A stretch of DNA of 64,000 nucleotides from Pirellulales bacterium (GTDB taxonomy: Bacteria; Planctomycetota; Planctomycetia; Pirellulales; JAICIG01), in NCBI GenBank assembly GCA_040901675.1, contig JBBDYJ010000038.1, forward strand, positions 192,001 through 256,000, in the 5' to 3' direction. Of the stretch, positions 1-10,544 are shown in pieces. A program made the translations under genes and the position numbers. Position 1 is the first letter of the stretch. Every line of letters begins with the position of its first letter. The notes beneath the pieces were generated by a model. That model was not told the DNA's origin, did no database searches, and was given only the letters and a program-made list of their open reading frames with translations.

Positions 1-598
1 CCAGCCGGCAGCTCACGTGGAAGCGGCCGCTCGTCTCGCGGCGATATCCGGTCCGCAGCACCAGCAGGCACCTTCCGCGCACAGGCCTGGTGAAGATAGG
101 CCCTTCGTACGAGCCTTCGGCATACAGCAGGTGGACATCGTGGCTGCGGTAAAGGTACTCGACCCGTCCCAGCGTGCCGGAGCCGTCGTTGGCTTGAAAC
201 GTGTTCTCACCCGTTCGGCTCAGCGCCACCTGGCTGATCCCCAGCACCTCCCAGATGTTGACGATCAGGTCGGGGTGCTCGACCAGAAACAAGTACAACG
301 ACGGATCGCAGTCGATGACCTGGGACGGCAGCCGCCGATAAATGGTCGTCGACGCCAGCACCGACGACACTTTCGCGCGCGCCTCCCGGTTCAGCCTCGC
401 ATAAGGGATCGAGCGCACTGCGTCGGCGCGGGCCTGCCGGCTGCTGCTCGCCTTCGCCGTTGTCTGGGCCTCCGCCTCGGCGGCGACGACGCCGCTCGGC
501 AGCAACACGGCGATTGCCAGCCACAGCTTGCCGGCAACGTCCGGAAGCCTCGGCTTGTCGGACCAGCGACGCGCCCTTGCCTTGAAGACGTGCGACAT
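1..598 (-). CDS. Secreted hypothetical protein, runs off the window edge
   Basis: Read manually (not in the ORF track): GAGGGGG RBS, ATG at 598, MSHVFKARARR...LWLAIAVLLPSGVVAAEA signal-like segment; open to position 1. Confidence 0.7.
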   Translation of the reverse strand, partial: MSHVFKARARRWSDKPRLPDVAGKLWLAIAVLLPSGVVAAEAEAQTTAKASSSRQARADAVRSIPYARLNREARAKVSSVLASTTIYRRLPSQVIDCDPSLYLFLVEHPDLIVNIWEVLGISQVALSRTGENTFQANDGSGTLGRVEYLYRSHDVHLLYAEGSYEGPIFTRPVRGRCLLVLRTGYRRETSGRFHVSCRL

Positions 599-792
599 GC
601 TCCCCCCTCGGAACGAACGCTTAGGCCGGCCACGCCCGCTGCGGCAGGCTATGCCGGTCCTACTGGTAATTCGGCTGCCGGCGGCGGGTGAGGCCAGCGA
701 AATTTTGCGGCCTTGCGAACGGCTTTTCCGTTCTTCCTCCGCTGCCCAAATTGCCGGCACCCACCGCCAGAATCCCCCCCTCCCCGCCCGAG

Positions 793-1112
793 GTAGGAGC
801 CTTCCCAGGCCGTCGGAGCCGGGCCAGCGAGCCCGTCGTCCTATTGATCCCTCGAAGCAGGTCGCAAGACTCGCCGGAGTCTGGAGCGGGACGTAGTGCG
901 CGAGGGCGCACAAAAGATAGGTAGGATGGCCTTCCCAGGCCGTCAGAGCCGGGCTAGGAAGCGGCTAGGAAGCCCGTCGTCCTGAGCAGTAGCAGGACTC
1001 GCCAGGGTTCTGGGTGGGGTAGCGGACTCGCAGGTAGGATTGCCTTCCCGGGCCGTCGGCGCGGGCTACCAAGTCCGTCGTCGAAGTCGCAGGGACTCGC
1101 TGGAGTTCCGGC
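793..1112 (+). repeat. Mosaic array of three degenerate ~120-bp units of GTAG-type REP-like hairpins
   Basis: GTAGGA(TG)GCCTTCCC(A/G)GGCCGTC at 793, 921 and 1034, each followed by a GACTCGC-type second motif (e.g. GTAGCAGGACTCGCCAGGGTTCTGG at 989). Confidence 0.75.
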
Positions 1113-1208
1113 GTGCGGTCACGTGGTTGCAAAGTAGCGTGCTGTGGGTATTCGTCTCGCCCTATCGCCTCCTCGCCTCATCGTCCCCCCTCCCCCCTTG
1201 TCACCTTG

Positions 1209-2762
1209 TCACCTTGTCGCCTCGTCGGCTTCCCGCCCCTTTCCCGCCACTCTTCCCTCCACCGCCTCGACCCTCTTGGCGGTCACATGCCGAGCGCGGT
1301 GCTCGGGCAGGTAGCCCAATGTGCCGGTGATGCCGACCTCGCGGTTCAAGTACGGTCGCAGGTTGAGCCCCGGCGCGGGCGAGACGTAATAGAGCACCTC
1401 GCCGGCTTCATTCAAAAGCGCGAACTGCGGTGCGCTCGGCTGCCGCGAGACGACCTGCGTCAGCCTGCCATGGCCATCGTAGCGCGGATCGGGCCTGCTC
1501 GGAGCGGCTGCATCGACCCCGTTGGCGGTCTCGATCAGTGGCTGATCGCGCTCATCGGTCTCGGCGCGAAGTCCCATCACGGTTTCGTAGCGCTCGCGCA
1601 GCTCGGCAAACTGGTCGATCTTGCGGAGCATCCGGCGGGCGCGGCCCCGCTCCAACGCCGTTCGCGACCGCTCGAGCAGCGCCTCGGCCCGCTGGCGAAC
1701 GTTGTCGAAATCCCAAGCGGTCGGCTCCTCGGCCACAATGGCCGACACCGCCAGGTCGATGTCTTCCAGTTCGTCCTTCAGGCCGGCAGGTCCTTTCGAT
1801 CGTGGCGCGACGCGCGGCCGGGGGTCGCCCTGCTCGGGCCGGTCGCCGGCGCGGAGCTTCGGGCCGTCGGCCGTCGGCTCATCTTCCGCCGCTTTGGACC
1901 AGCGGCCGGCCGGCTCTGCTTCTTCTCCATCGGCGGCATCTTCCGGCAATGGCTCGTCGTCGTCCAAGGGTTCGTCGTGGTCCAATGGCTCGTCGTAGTC
2001 CACCGGCAGCAGCCCGGCAGCGCCGCTGTCGTCGTCGCCGGCCGCGTCGTCCTCGTCCTCGGCTTGCCAGTCGTCGTCGGGCTCGCCGGCAGCCCCATCA
2101 TCATCGTCGGCCGCCGCAGTGTCGCCGGCTTCTTCAGGTTCGAAGCCGTGCTTGGCGATCAGCAGGTTATTGCGGGGTCCGGGCCGGCGGCGAGGTTTTT
2201 CAAGTTCGCGGTCTACGAACCTGCCCGACACCCAGCGGAATTCCCCGGCTGGCGGCGCGATTTTGTACCAGGTTTGGGCGGCCGCTCCGGTATGGAACGG
2301 CCGCGCTTCGAGCAGCGTTACCTTTTCGCCCCGGTCGAGCCTGACTTGGATCACGTCGCGGGTATCGCTGAACGCGCTGCCCACGCGGGCCACCACTCGG
2401 TCGCCCGCCACGACGGCCGTGCCGTCGTCTCCCGCTTCCAAAAACTCGGCCGAGACCCAACTGAAGCTTCCTTCGGGAGGTCGGATGGCATACCAGCCGC
2501 CCGGGTCGTGCCGGTAGACTTCGACCGCTTCGCCCCGGCCCAGCTTGAGCGCCGGATAGTACTTCTCTCCCGGACCGCTGCGGACGTCCACCTCGTCGGC
2601 CGTGATGTACGCCTTGTACGGAAACTGGTCATCGACCCCTTGGGCGGCCGACTGCCAGCAAGCCAGCGCCAGAACCAGGCTGGCGGCCGGCCAGGCTCGA
2701 AAGGCGGCAAGCTGGGTAAAGTGGCCGCGCGGGCGCGCGGCGATCGTCACGCGCGGGGGCAT
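1209..2762 (-). CDS. Secreted protein with N-terminal bacterial SH3-like domains and an acidic linker
   Basis: VDVRSGPGEKYYPALKL and WYKIAPPAGEFRWVSG SH3b-like motifs, signal peptide, D/E-rich middle. Confidence 0.75.
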   Translation of the reverse strand: MPPRVTIAARPRGHFTQLAAFRAWPAASLVLALACWQSAAQGVDDQFPYKAYITADEVDVRSGPGEKYYPALKLGRGEAVEVYRHDPGGWYAIRPPEGSFSWVSAEFLEAGDDGTAVVAGDRVVARVGSAFSDTRDVIQVRLDRGEKVTLLEARPFHTGAAAQTWYKIAPPAGEFRWVSGRFVDRELEKPRRRPGPRNNLLIAKHGFEPEEAGDTAAADDDDGAAGEPDDDWQAEDEDDAAGDDDSGAAGLLPVDYDEPLDHDEPLDDDEPLPEDAADGEEAEPAGRWSKAAEDEPTADGPKLRAGDRPEQGDPRPRVAPRSKGPAGLKDELEDIDLAVSAIVAEEPTAWDFDNVRQRAEALLERSRTALERGRARRMLRKIDQFAELRERYETVMGLRAETDERDQPLIETANGVDAAAPSRPDPRYDGHGRLTQVVSRQPSAPQFALLNEAGEVLYYVSPAPGLNLRPYLNREVGITGTLGYLPEHRARHVTAKRVEAVEGRVAGKGREADEATR

Positions 2763-2858
2763 ACAGCCTCCTGGGCGAACAGATAACTCGCTAGCGAAGG
2801 GAAAGGTCGGAAGCGGCCTTGTATCCGAATCGATTCACCCCCTCAAGATCACTTTAAT

Positions 2859-2957
2859 GTGCCACTGCTTGCCGTGTGCCACTGCTTGGAGTGACCGCCG
2901 TGGCGGTCGTGAGAAGCAGTGCTGGTCCGAACTTGGATAGGATTCAAGCAGTCGCAC
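2859..2957 (+). repeat. GTGC-type REP cluster (REPIN-like)
   Basis: GTGCCACTGCTTG at 2859 and 2876, hairpin closing AAGCAGTG at 2914-2921, inverted partner CAAGCAGTCGCAC at 2945-2957. Confidence 0.75.
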
Positions 2958-2999
2958 CAGGCCACTCGGTCCGCCGAAGGCGGAGCAGTTCCAGTCGGC

Positions 3000-3029
3000 G
3001 GCGGACGGCACACGGAGTGTGCCTGCTGC
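3000..3029 (-). repeat. REP-like hairpin GGCACAC-GGA-GTGTGCC
   Basis: Perfect 7-bp stem; both halves recur at 50237-50298. Confidence 0.55.
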
Positions 3030-3108
3030 TAAACGCAGCGCCCCTACCAGCGGGGACGCGCGACCGATAAAATCGGCGGTTTCGCCTCCAGGAGCTTTTG
3101 GCCTCTCT

Positions 3109-5982
3109 ATGCCTCGCTATAACCCGGCTGTGATCGAGCCCAAGTGGCAGCGGTTCTGGGAACAAAACCGCACGTTTGCCACGCCGCGCCTGCCAAGAGG
3201 CGAAAAGCTCTATGTGCTCGACATGTTTCCCTACCCCAGCGGCGATGGGCTGCACGTCGGCCATCCCGAAGGATACACGGCCACCGATATCTATTGCCGC
3301 TACCAGCGGATGCGGGGCAAGACCGTCATGCACCCGATGGGCTGGGACGCCTTCGGACTGCCCGCCGAACAACATGCCATCAAGACCGGCACTCCGCCCC
3401 GCGTCACCACCGAAAAAAATATCGCCAACTTCCGCCGCCAGTTGAAGATGCTCGGCTTCAGCTACGATTGGGACCGCGAGCTGAGCACCACCGATCCCGA
3501 ATACTTCCGCTGGACGCAGTGGATCTTCCTCCAGTTGTTCGATACCTGGTACGACCACGCCAGCCAGCACGGACGGCCGATCGCCGAGCTGCCGATTCCC
3601 CCCGACGTCCACGCCGAAGGTCAGGACGCAGTGCGGCGGTACCGCGACGAACACCGGCTCGCCTACCAGCTCGAAGCGCCGGTCAACTGGTGCCCGGCCC
3701 TGGGCACCGTGCTGGCCAACGAGGAAGTCAAGGATGGCCGCAGCGAGCGGGGCGGCCACGAGGTGGTCCGCATCCCGCTGCGGCAATGGATGCTGCGGAT
3801 CACTGCTTATGCCGAGCGGTTGGAACAAGACCTGGAAGGCCTCCAGTGGTCGGAGGGAATCAAAGCACTCCAGCGCAACTGGATCGGCCGCAGCACCGGG
3901 GCCGAGGTCGATTTCTTTATCGGCCCGCCCCTGGGCAGCGCCACCGGGCAACCACCGCCGGCGGAGGCGGTCGCGGCCTGGCGGCGAATGCGGGCCGAGA
4001 AAAAGTATCCGGCCAAACCGGGCCGCGACGTGTTGCGGATTTACACCACCCGCCCCGATACGCTGTTCGGCGCTACGTACATGGTGCTCGCTCCGGAACA
4101 CCCGGAAGTCGAACGCTTGACCACGCCCGGACAGAAAGAGCAGGTGGCCGCCTACCAATCGCGGGCGGCCACCAAGAGCGACCTGGACCGCACCGATCTG
4201 GCCAAGGAAAAAACGGGTGTGTTCACCGGCTCGTACGCGATCAATCCCGTCAATGACGAAGCGGTGCCGATCTGGGTGGCCGACTACGTGCTCATGGGCT
4301 ACGGCACGGGAGCCATCATGGCGGTGCCGGCCCACGACACCCGCGATTTCGAGTTCGCCGTGGCTTACGGCCTGCCGATCCGCGCCGTGGTCGACCCGGA
4401 GCAGGACGCGGGCGACATCGCGCGCGGCGACGTGCTGGCTGGACGGGCGGCCTTCACCGGCGAGGGGCGGGCGATCAACTCGGGCCGGTACGATGGTCTG
4501 CCGACGGGCGAGTTCAAACAGCGGATCACGGCCGACCTGGCGCAGCAGGGATTGGGCCGCGAAGCGGTCAACTACAAGCTGCGCGACTGGCTGTTCAGCC
4601 GGCAGCATTTCTGGGGCGAGCCGTTCCCGATCCTGCACGAGCTCGACGCTCAGGGCAGGCCGACCGGCCTGGTCCGCCCGGTCGAGGAAGACCGCCTGCC
4701 GGTCGAGCTGCCCGAGATGCTGGGTTTCAAGCCGCATGGCCGCCCCGATCCTCCCTTGGAGCAAGCGCCTGCCGACTGGCTCTACCCGGTGATCGACGGC
4801 GTCAAGTACAAGCGCGAGACGAACTCGATGCCGCAGTGGGCCGGCTCGTGCTGGTATTACCTGCGGTTTCTCGACCCGCGGAACCAGGAGCGGCTGGTCG
4901 ATCCGGCGGTGGAGCGGGCCTGGATGCCGGTCGACCTCTACGTCGGCGGGGCCGAGCACGCGGTGTTGCACCTGCTCTACGCCCGCTTCTGGCACAAGGT
5001 GCTGTTCGACCGCGGCCTGGTGAGCACGCCCGAACCGTTCCAGAGGCTGGTGAACCAGGGGATGATCCTGGGCGAGGTCGAAGTCACCGGATATCGCCGC
5101 GCCGATGGCTCGTGGGTCAGCGCCTCGGAAGTGGTGCTCGATGCCCAGGGCAAGCCGGTGCTCAAGCGCGGCGGCGAGCAGGTGTCGAGTGTTCGAGTCG
5201 CGGTGGCCGATGCCCAGAAGCAGGGCGAGAGCTTCGTGCTCGCCGCGCAGCCGGAGATCAGGCTCGACAGCCGGGCCCACAAGATGTCCAAGAGCCGCGG
5301 CAACGTGGTCAACCCCGACTCGGTCGTGGCCGAGTATGGGGCCGACTCGTTGCGGCTGTACGAGATGTTCATGGGGCCCCTGGAAGCCACCAAGCCCTGG
5401 AGCATGGAGGGAGTCAGCGGGGTCCGCGGCTTTTTGGACCGCGCCTGGCGGATGATCACCACCGAGCGCAGCGAGGCGTTGGAGCTGAACGCGGCGGTCC
5501 GGGACATCCCCTGCACGGCCCAGCAGGCTCGCATCCTGCACAAAACCATCCAGGGCGTCACGCAGGACATCGAGAAGCTCTCGTTCAATACGGCCATCGC
5601 CAAGATGATGGAGTTCACCAACTTCTTTTTGAAGGAAGAGCAGCGGCCCAGGGAGGCGATGGAGAAGCTGGTGCTGATCCTGTCTCCGTTTGCTCCGCAC
5701 CTGGCCGAGGAGCTGTGGAGGCTGCTGGGGCACGCCGATACGCTGGCCTACGAGCCGTGGCCCGCGTTCGACGAGTCGCTGATCCGCGAGGACACCGTCG
5801 AAGTGCCGGTGCAGGTCAACGGCAAGGTCCGCGGCCGCGTGAGCGTGCCGGTCGGCGCCGGCGCGGCCGAGTTGGAAGCGGCGGCCCGCGGCGACGCGCG
5901 GATCGCCGATCAGTTGGCCGGCAAGACGATCGTCAAGGTCATCGTGGTGCCGGGCCGCATGGTCAACTTCGTCGTCAAGTAG
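3109..5982 (+). CDS. leuS: Leucine--tRNA ligase
   Basis: [14 protein letters not shown] (HIGH), KMSKS, editing domain [24 protein letters not shown] at 3109 after AGGAG. Confidence 0.98.
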   Translation: MPRYNPAVIEPKWQRFWEQNRTFATPRLPRGEKLYVLDMFPYPSGDGLHVGHPEGYTATDIYCRYQRMRGKTVMHPMGWDAFGLPAEQHAIKTGTPPRVTTEKNIANFRRQLKMLGFSYDWDRELSTTDPEYFRWTQWIFLQLFDTWYDHASQHGRPIAELPIPPDVHAEGQDAVRRYRDEHRLAYQLEAPVNWCPALGTVLANEEVKDGRSERGGHEVVRIPLRQWMLRITAYAERLEQDLEGLQWSEGIKALQRNWIGRSTGAEVDFFIGPPLGSATGQPPPAEAVAAWRRMRAEKKYPAKPGRDVLRIYTTRPDTLFGATYMVLAPEHPEVERLTTPGQKEQVAAYQSRAATKSDLDRTDLAKEKTGVFTGSYAINPVNDEAVPIWVADYVLMGYGTGAIMAVPAHDTRDFEFAVAYGLPIRAVVDPEQDAGDIARGDVLAGRAAFTGEGRAINSGRYDGLPTGEFKQRITADLAQQGLGREAVNYKLRDWLFSRQHFWGEPFPILHELDAQGRPTGLVRPVEEDRLPVELPEMLGFKPHGRPDPPLEQAPADWLYPVIDGVKYKRETNSMPQWAGSCWYYLRFLDPRNQERLVDPAVERAWMPVDLYVGGAEHAVLHLLYARFWHKVLFDRGLVSTPEPFQRLVNQGMILGEVEVTGYRRADGSWVSASEVVLDAQGKPVLKRGGEQVSSVRVAVADAQKQGESFVLAAQPEIRLDSRAHKMSKSRGNVVNPDSVVAEYGADSLRLYEMFMGPLEATKPWSMEGVSGVRGFLDRAWRMITTERSEALELNAAVRDIPCTAQQARILHKTIQGVTQDIEKLSFNTAIAKMMEFTNFFLKEEQRPREAMEKLVLILSPFAPHLAEELWRLLGHADTLAYEPWPAFDESLIREDTVEVPVQVNGKVRGRVSVPVGAGAAELEAAARGDARIADQLAGKTIVKVIVVPGRMVNFVVK

Positions 5983-6021
5983 CCTGCCTGGTCAAGTAAC
6001 TTCGTGGTCAAGTAGCCTGCC
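5965..6021 (+). repeat. 24-bp direct duplication of the leuS 3' end
   Basis: AACTTCGTCGTCAAGTAGCCTGCC (5965-5988) vs AACTTCGTGGTCAAGTAGCCTGCC (5998-6021). Confidence 0.85.
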
Positions 6022-6553
6022 GCAGCTCGTCCAGCGCGGCGGCGAAGGCGCCGTAGGCGCCGGCGGTGAACAGTACAAAGCGGACCAGCTCCGGCCGGTC
6101 GTGTTCCAAGATGAACGACCGGGCCGTCGCCAGGGCGATGCGGCTCGCCTGGTCGATGGGAAAGCCATAGGCGCCGGCCGACAGCGCGGGCAGTGCCATG
6201 CTGCCGCAATCGTGCTGGCGCGCCAGCTCGAACGAGCGGCGGTAGGCGCCCGCCAGCAGGTCGGCCTCGCCTGATGCTCCGCCCCGCCAGACCGGGCCGA
6301 CGGCATGGATCACGTAGCGGGCGGCCAGGTTGCCCGCCGCCGTGATCACCGCGGAGCCGGTCGGGCAGCCTCCCGGATACCGCCGGCCCGTCTCCGCCAT
6401 GATGGCTGGTCCGCCGCGGGCATGGATCGCCCCGTCCACGCCGCCGCCGCCAGCCAGGCGGCTGTTGGCGGCGTTCACGATCGCATCGACCTCTTCCTCG
6501 GTAATGTCGCCCTGGTGCAGCTCGATCGCACTTTGGTTGATTTCCAGTCGCAT
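6008..6553 (-). CDS. Macro-domain O-acetyl-ADP-ribose deacetylase (YmdB-like)
   Basis: GDIT..VDAIVNAANSRLAGGGGVDGAIH, VIHAVGP, PALSAGAYGFP. Confidence 0.92.
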   Translation of the reverse strand: MRLEINQSAIELHQGDITEEEVDAIVNAANSRLAGGGGVDGAIHARGGPAIMAETGRRYPGGCPTGSAVITAAGNLAARYVIHAVGPVWRGGASGEADLLAGAYRRSFELARQHDCGSMALPALSAGAYGFPIDQASRIALATARSFILEHDRPELVRFVLFTAGAYGAFAAALDELRQAT

Positions 6554-6702
6554 GGCGATGGCGCCTGTCTTGCTGGTCCGTCCGGGGTTCCCGATGTACC
6601 CCCGTACCGCCCCTCCGGCCTCAAAACCGGCTTTATTCTAACACCCGGCCTGATGCGCATGCTAAACTTGTTGACTCCAAAAGTGCTCTCCCGCTGAGGC
6701 GC

Positions 6703-7605
6703 GTGATGATGCGGATGCTGGGTCGAACCGTGCTGGTTCTTGCGGTGCTTGTGGCGCCGCTCAGGGCGGCCGACATTTTTGTCAACAACGTCGGTGGCGA
6801 CGACCTGTTCGATGGCAGCCAGGAAACCTCCGCGGGAAGCGGCGGCCCTGTCCGGTCGCTCCGCAAGGCCCTGCTGGTGGCCCGCTCCGGCGACCGCATC
6901 GTGTTGGCCAACACGGGCGAACCATACCGCGAGAGCATCAGTCTCTTGGCGGCCAACCATTGCGGCAACGCCATCGACACCTTTGTGATCGACGGCCGCG
7001 GGGCCACGCTCGACGGGTCCGTCAGCGTGCCGGAAGATGCCTGGGAGCATTTCAGCGAGCACGTGTTCCGCTTCCGTCCCCAGCGGTCGGCCTACCAGCA
7101 ACTGTTTCTGGACGGCCGGCCGGCGCTGCGCCATCGCGTCGACAAAGCCAGCGGGCAGCGTCCCGACCTGGGGCCGCTCGAGTGGTACCTTCACGAGGGG
7201 CACATCTACTTCCGCGTCGAGCCCGGGCGGCTTCCCGCGCAATATCCGCTCACGTACGCTGGGATGCAGACTGGGATCACTTTGTATCACGTGCACGACG
7301 TGGCGATTGTGGACCTCGTCGTGCAGGGCTTTCAGCTCGACGGCATCAACGCGCACGACGGCGTCCGCGGTTGTTACCTGTCCGGGATCACCTGCCGCGG
7401 CAACGGCCGCAGCGGCGTGACCGTGGCCGGTTCGTCGCGCGTTCAGATGCAGGACTGCCTGCTGGGCGACAACGGCGAGTCACAGCTTCGGGTCGAAGGC
7501 CTGGCCATCGCCTCGCTGATCGACTGCGAGCTCTTGCCCAACACGGCTCCCGCCTTCGTCCGCCCCAGCGGCCGCCTCTTCATCGACGGCCGCCGGCAGG
7601 ATTGA
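6703..7605 (+). CDS. Secreted right-handed parallel beta-helix protein
   Basis: Signal peptide, IFVNNVGGDD..DGS..GPVRSLRKA start, DGINAHD/GNGRSGVTV beta-helix turns. Confidence 0.75.
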   Translation: MMMRMLGRTVLVLAVLVAPLRAADIFVNNVGGDDLFDGSQETSAGSGGPVRSLRKALLVARSGDRIVLANTGEPYRESISLLAANHCGNAIDTFVIDGRGATLDGSVSVPEDAWEHFSEHVFRFRPQRSAYQQLFLDGRPALRHRVDKASGQRPDLGPLEWYLHEGHIYFRVEPGRLPAQYPLTYAGMQTGITLYHVHDVAIVDLVVQGFQLDGINAHDGVRGCYLSGITCRGNGRSGVTVAGSSRVQMQDCLLGDNGESQLRVEGLAIASLIDCELLPNTAPAFVRPSGRLFIDGRRQD

Positions 7606-7616
7606 CCCGGTCCCGT

Positions 7617-7662
7617 GTGCCACTGCTTGGAGTGGCCGCCCTGGCGGCCGCGAGAAGCAGTG
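7617..7662 (+). repeat. GTGC-type REP, left flank of the RAYT
   Basis: GTGC-CACTGCTT...AAGCAGTG outer stem with inner GTGGCCGCC/GGCGGCCGC stem. Confidence 0.8.
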
Positions 7663-7708
7663 ATTGTCCGAAAGTTACCAAATTGGGAATCATAGAAGAA
7701 CGTTTGCC

Positions 7709-8317
7709 ATGTGGACCCCCTCGTTCGTTCGCCGAAAGCTCGTCAAGCACTACGACAATGGGGAAGCTCATTTTCTCACGTTTTCGTGTTACCACAGGTT
7801 GCCGCTGCTGTCGAAGGACCGGACCCGGCGGTGGTTTCTCGAAGCCTTGAACGAAGCGCGGGAGACTCACGGTTTTCATCTCTGGGGTTGGGTCATCATG
7901 CCTGAACATATTCACTTGCTCGTCTGGCCTCCTGCCTTGCCGATCGACGCTGATCCGGCATCTAGCAAGGGCAAAACTGCGGGGATTCTTGCGGACCTGA
8001 AACGCCCCGTGGCACAGAGGGCCATCTCGTATCTTGAGGAGCATGCGCCGGATTTTCTCCAACGGCTGACCGTTCGCAATCGCCACCGGACGTATCGGCG
8101 GTTCTGGCAAGCGGGATCCGGCTACGACGAGAACGTGAGCGACGCCGGAATCCTCCATGAAGTTGTTGCCTACATTCACAACAATCCAGTACGGCGTGGT
8201 CTGGTCGAGCGTGCCGAAGAGTGGCCCTGGTCGAGCGCATGCGACTGGTCGGGAGGGCCAACCCACTCGCTTTGCCTTGTCGATCGGTCGATCCCCCAAG
8301 TCCACCGCACTGTTTGA
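7709..8317 (+). mobile_element. REP-associated tyrosine transposase (RAYT, HUH/Y1 family)
   Basis: HFLTFSCYHR, WVIMPEHIHLLV (HUH), FWQ..GYD, YIHNNPVRRGLV..EEWPWSS; flanked by inverted REP hairpins. Confidence 0.9.
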
Positions 8318-8463
8318 CCTCCTGTGGTACTGCTTGAAGGCTGCTGGAGTTGCCATTTCCCGAAGGCAGACGACGTAGCGCCACCAGGACAAGCAGCCGC
8401 GAAGCACAGCTCGTCGCGAGTTGGGACGAACCGATCGGAGACCTTCTCGGCAACGCCATACGG

Positions 8464-8510
8464 CACTGCTTGACGAAGGCCGCAACACGGCCTTCGTCAA
8501 GCAGTGGCAC
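8464..8510 (-). repeat. GTGC-type REP, right flank of the RAYT
   Basis: Perfect 19-bp stem CACTGCTTGACGAAGGCCG/CGGCCTTCGTCAAGCAGTG plus GCAC tail; degenerate copy GTGGTACTGCTTG near 8324. Confidence 0.8.
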
Positions 8511-9582
8511 CCGATCCCGCAGCGGCACCAGGGTGGGCAGTGGCAAAGTGCAAGTCGGATCGTTCGGCCTCCAGCTCGGCCTCCTTCAGCACCGTGGCGA
8601 CTTCGCGGCGGCTGGTCAGATAAAAACAGACGCCGACCAACGCGATGGCAATCGTGATCGCCCGGTAACCGAGGGCAACCACCAGGCCTTGCCCTTCCGT
8701 CACCGCCGCGCCGCTGGCAATCCGCTGGTACAGAAAGGCAACCACGGCCTCGAACGCTCCCAGGCCGTTCACGGGCAGCGGCAGCACGCCGGTGACCATC
8801 GCCAGCGGCACGATGACAAAATGCTCTGCCAGCGTGGGCGCCTGCCCGGGCAGGCCGCGGGCCACCAGGTAGATGCCCACGCTGCTCAGCACGTGCACGG
8901 CGGCGCTCAACAGGGCGGCGGCGGCCAGCACGCCCCGCCGGCTGCGGTAAATACGGATGGCCCCGATCAGCTTGCCGAACGTCGGGCCCACCCGCGGCAG
9001 GTTCTCGAGGAATCGCGAGATGGCGCCGTTGGTGAATCCCGGCACCAGCAGCATCAACAGCCCGGCGGCCCCGATACAGGTACACATCAGCGTCGAGCGG
9101 CCGATGATCTCGACCTCGCGGACCGGGCTGTGCAACTGCCCCGTCAACAGGATGGCGGCCGTGGCCAGCACGAACAGCATGAACAGGCCGATCACGCGAT
9201 CGAGGACGACGGTGGCCACGGCCTCGGCGCGGCGGCCGGGGTGTTCGCGGGCGATGAACACCGCCTTGAACAGGTCGCCGCCGACGCTGCCCAGCGAGAC
9301 GAAGTTGAGCAGATAGCCCAGGAATCCCAGGCGGAAGGCGTCCTTGAGGCTGAACGGCAGCTCCAGCGCCCGGACCAGCACGAACCAGCGGACGATGGTG
9401 AGTGCCACGGCCGCCAGGCACAAGGCCCAGGCCAGTCCGAGCAGCGGCCAATCTTTCGGCTGGCTGGCCAGGTTGGAAAACGTCTTGTCGGCCCTGGCCT
9501 CCACGACCAGGTAGGCAATGATGGCGGCCGAGATGCCGAACTTGAGGAGATAGATCAGTGTCTTCTTCAAGGTCTTGTTCAA
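8497..9582 (-). CDS. Lysylphosphatidylglycerol synthase TM-region / flippase-like membrane protein (UPF0104)
   Basis: RWFVLVRAL..GYLLNFVSLGSVGGDLFKA..VLDRVIGL, LPLPVNGLGAFE; multiple TM segments. Confidence 0.85.
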   Translation of the reverse strand: MNKTLKKTLIYLLKFGISAAIIAYLVVEARADKTFSNLASQPKDWPLLGLAWALCLAAVALTIVRWFVLVRALELPFSLKDAFRLGFLGYLLNFVSLGSVGGDLFKAVFIAREHPGRRAEAVATVVLDRVIGLFMLFVLATAAILLTGQLHSPVREVEIIGRSTLMCTCIGAAGLLMLLVPGFTNGAISRFLENLPRVGPTFGKLIGAIRIYRSRRGVLAAAALLSAAVHVLSSVGIYLVARGLPGQAPTLAEHFVIVPLAMVTGVLPLPVNGLGAFEAVVAFLYQRIASGAAVTEGQGLVVALGYRAITIAIALVGVCFYLTSRREVATVLKEAELEAERSDLHFATAHPGAAAGSGATA

Positions 9583-9757
9583 GCCACACTCCGGAGGGCG
9601 GGTCCGCTCGCTTGACAGTCCGCGGCCACGGTGATAAGTTTTTTGGATCGCGGCGGCAAGGCCAGGTCGGCAGGCATTCTGGAAGGGGCATTTCGGACGG
9701 TTGCCTTTCGGAAATGCGGAAGTTGTTGTCGGCGAGTGGTTTGTGTTCCGTCCTTCA

Positions 9758-9832
<75 letters not shown>

Positions 9833-9947
9833 GGTACAAGTCTGGCCGAGAGCTGGTTTTAAGCATTCCCGCCATTCTATGGCGGCGCGGCCTGTGGTTG
9901 AACCCTAGTGGGGTCGTACGACCCCACCAAACCCCAGGAGCCGCACC

Positions 9948-10436
9948 ATGCGCAAGCCACCAAAGTACCGCCGTCACGCCAACGGCCAGGCGTTCGTCCA
10001 GTACCGCTACCGCCGCTCGGTCAACAACCACACCAACCGGATCAAGCGGTTCTTCAAGTGGTGCTGCCGCGAGGAACACCTGCCCAAGGAACTGTACAAC
10101 GGCCTGGCCTGCGTCGAGGGGCTGCGGGCCGGCCGATCCCAGGCCCGCGAATCCAAGCCGGTCGAGCCGGTCCCGCTGGCCTGGCTGGTGGCCGTGCTGC
10201 CGGAGCTGCCGGCGGCGGTGGCGGCCATGTGCCAGATCCAGTACCTCTGCGGCATGCGGCCCGGCGAGGTGGTGGTCATGCGCGCCGCCGACATCAACAT
10301 GGCCGGCGACATCTGGCTTTATCGGCCGGGCGATCACAAGACGGCCCACCACGGCCACACGCTGCTCAAGGCCATCCCGCGGCGGGCCCAGGAACTGATC
10401 AAGCCCGCTGTCCAACGTGCCGATCCATGGCTGTAA
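9948..10436 (+). pseudogene. Tyrosine integrase remnant
   Basis: MRKPPKYRRHANGQAFV joined to NRIKRFFKW, GMRPGEV (catalytic Arg box) and HKT; lacks HxxR and the Tyr-bearing C-terminus. Confidence 0.85.
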
Positions 10437-10544
10437 CCTGCCGATTGACAGTTTGCCGAACGGTCAGGATAAGATGAATGGGCCGGGTCGCCAAACGTTC
10501 TCGAAAGCACAGCCCGCATCGGAAAGGAGCCGTTCAAGAATGAG

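Noticed and set aside
793..1112. CRISPR array
   Set aside because: Units are degenerate, the intervening segments resemble each other, and no cas genes are present
2944..5733. Long antisense ORFs (also 33504-36170, 43086-45227, 46888-49095, 37769-39571)
   Set aside because: Shadow frames of real genes, expected at high GC; no recognisable motifs
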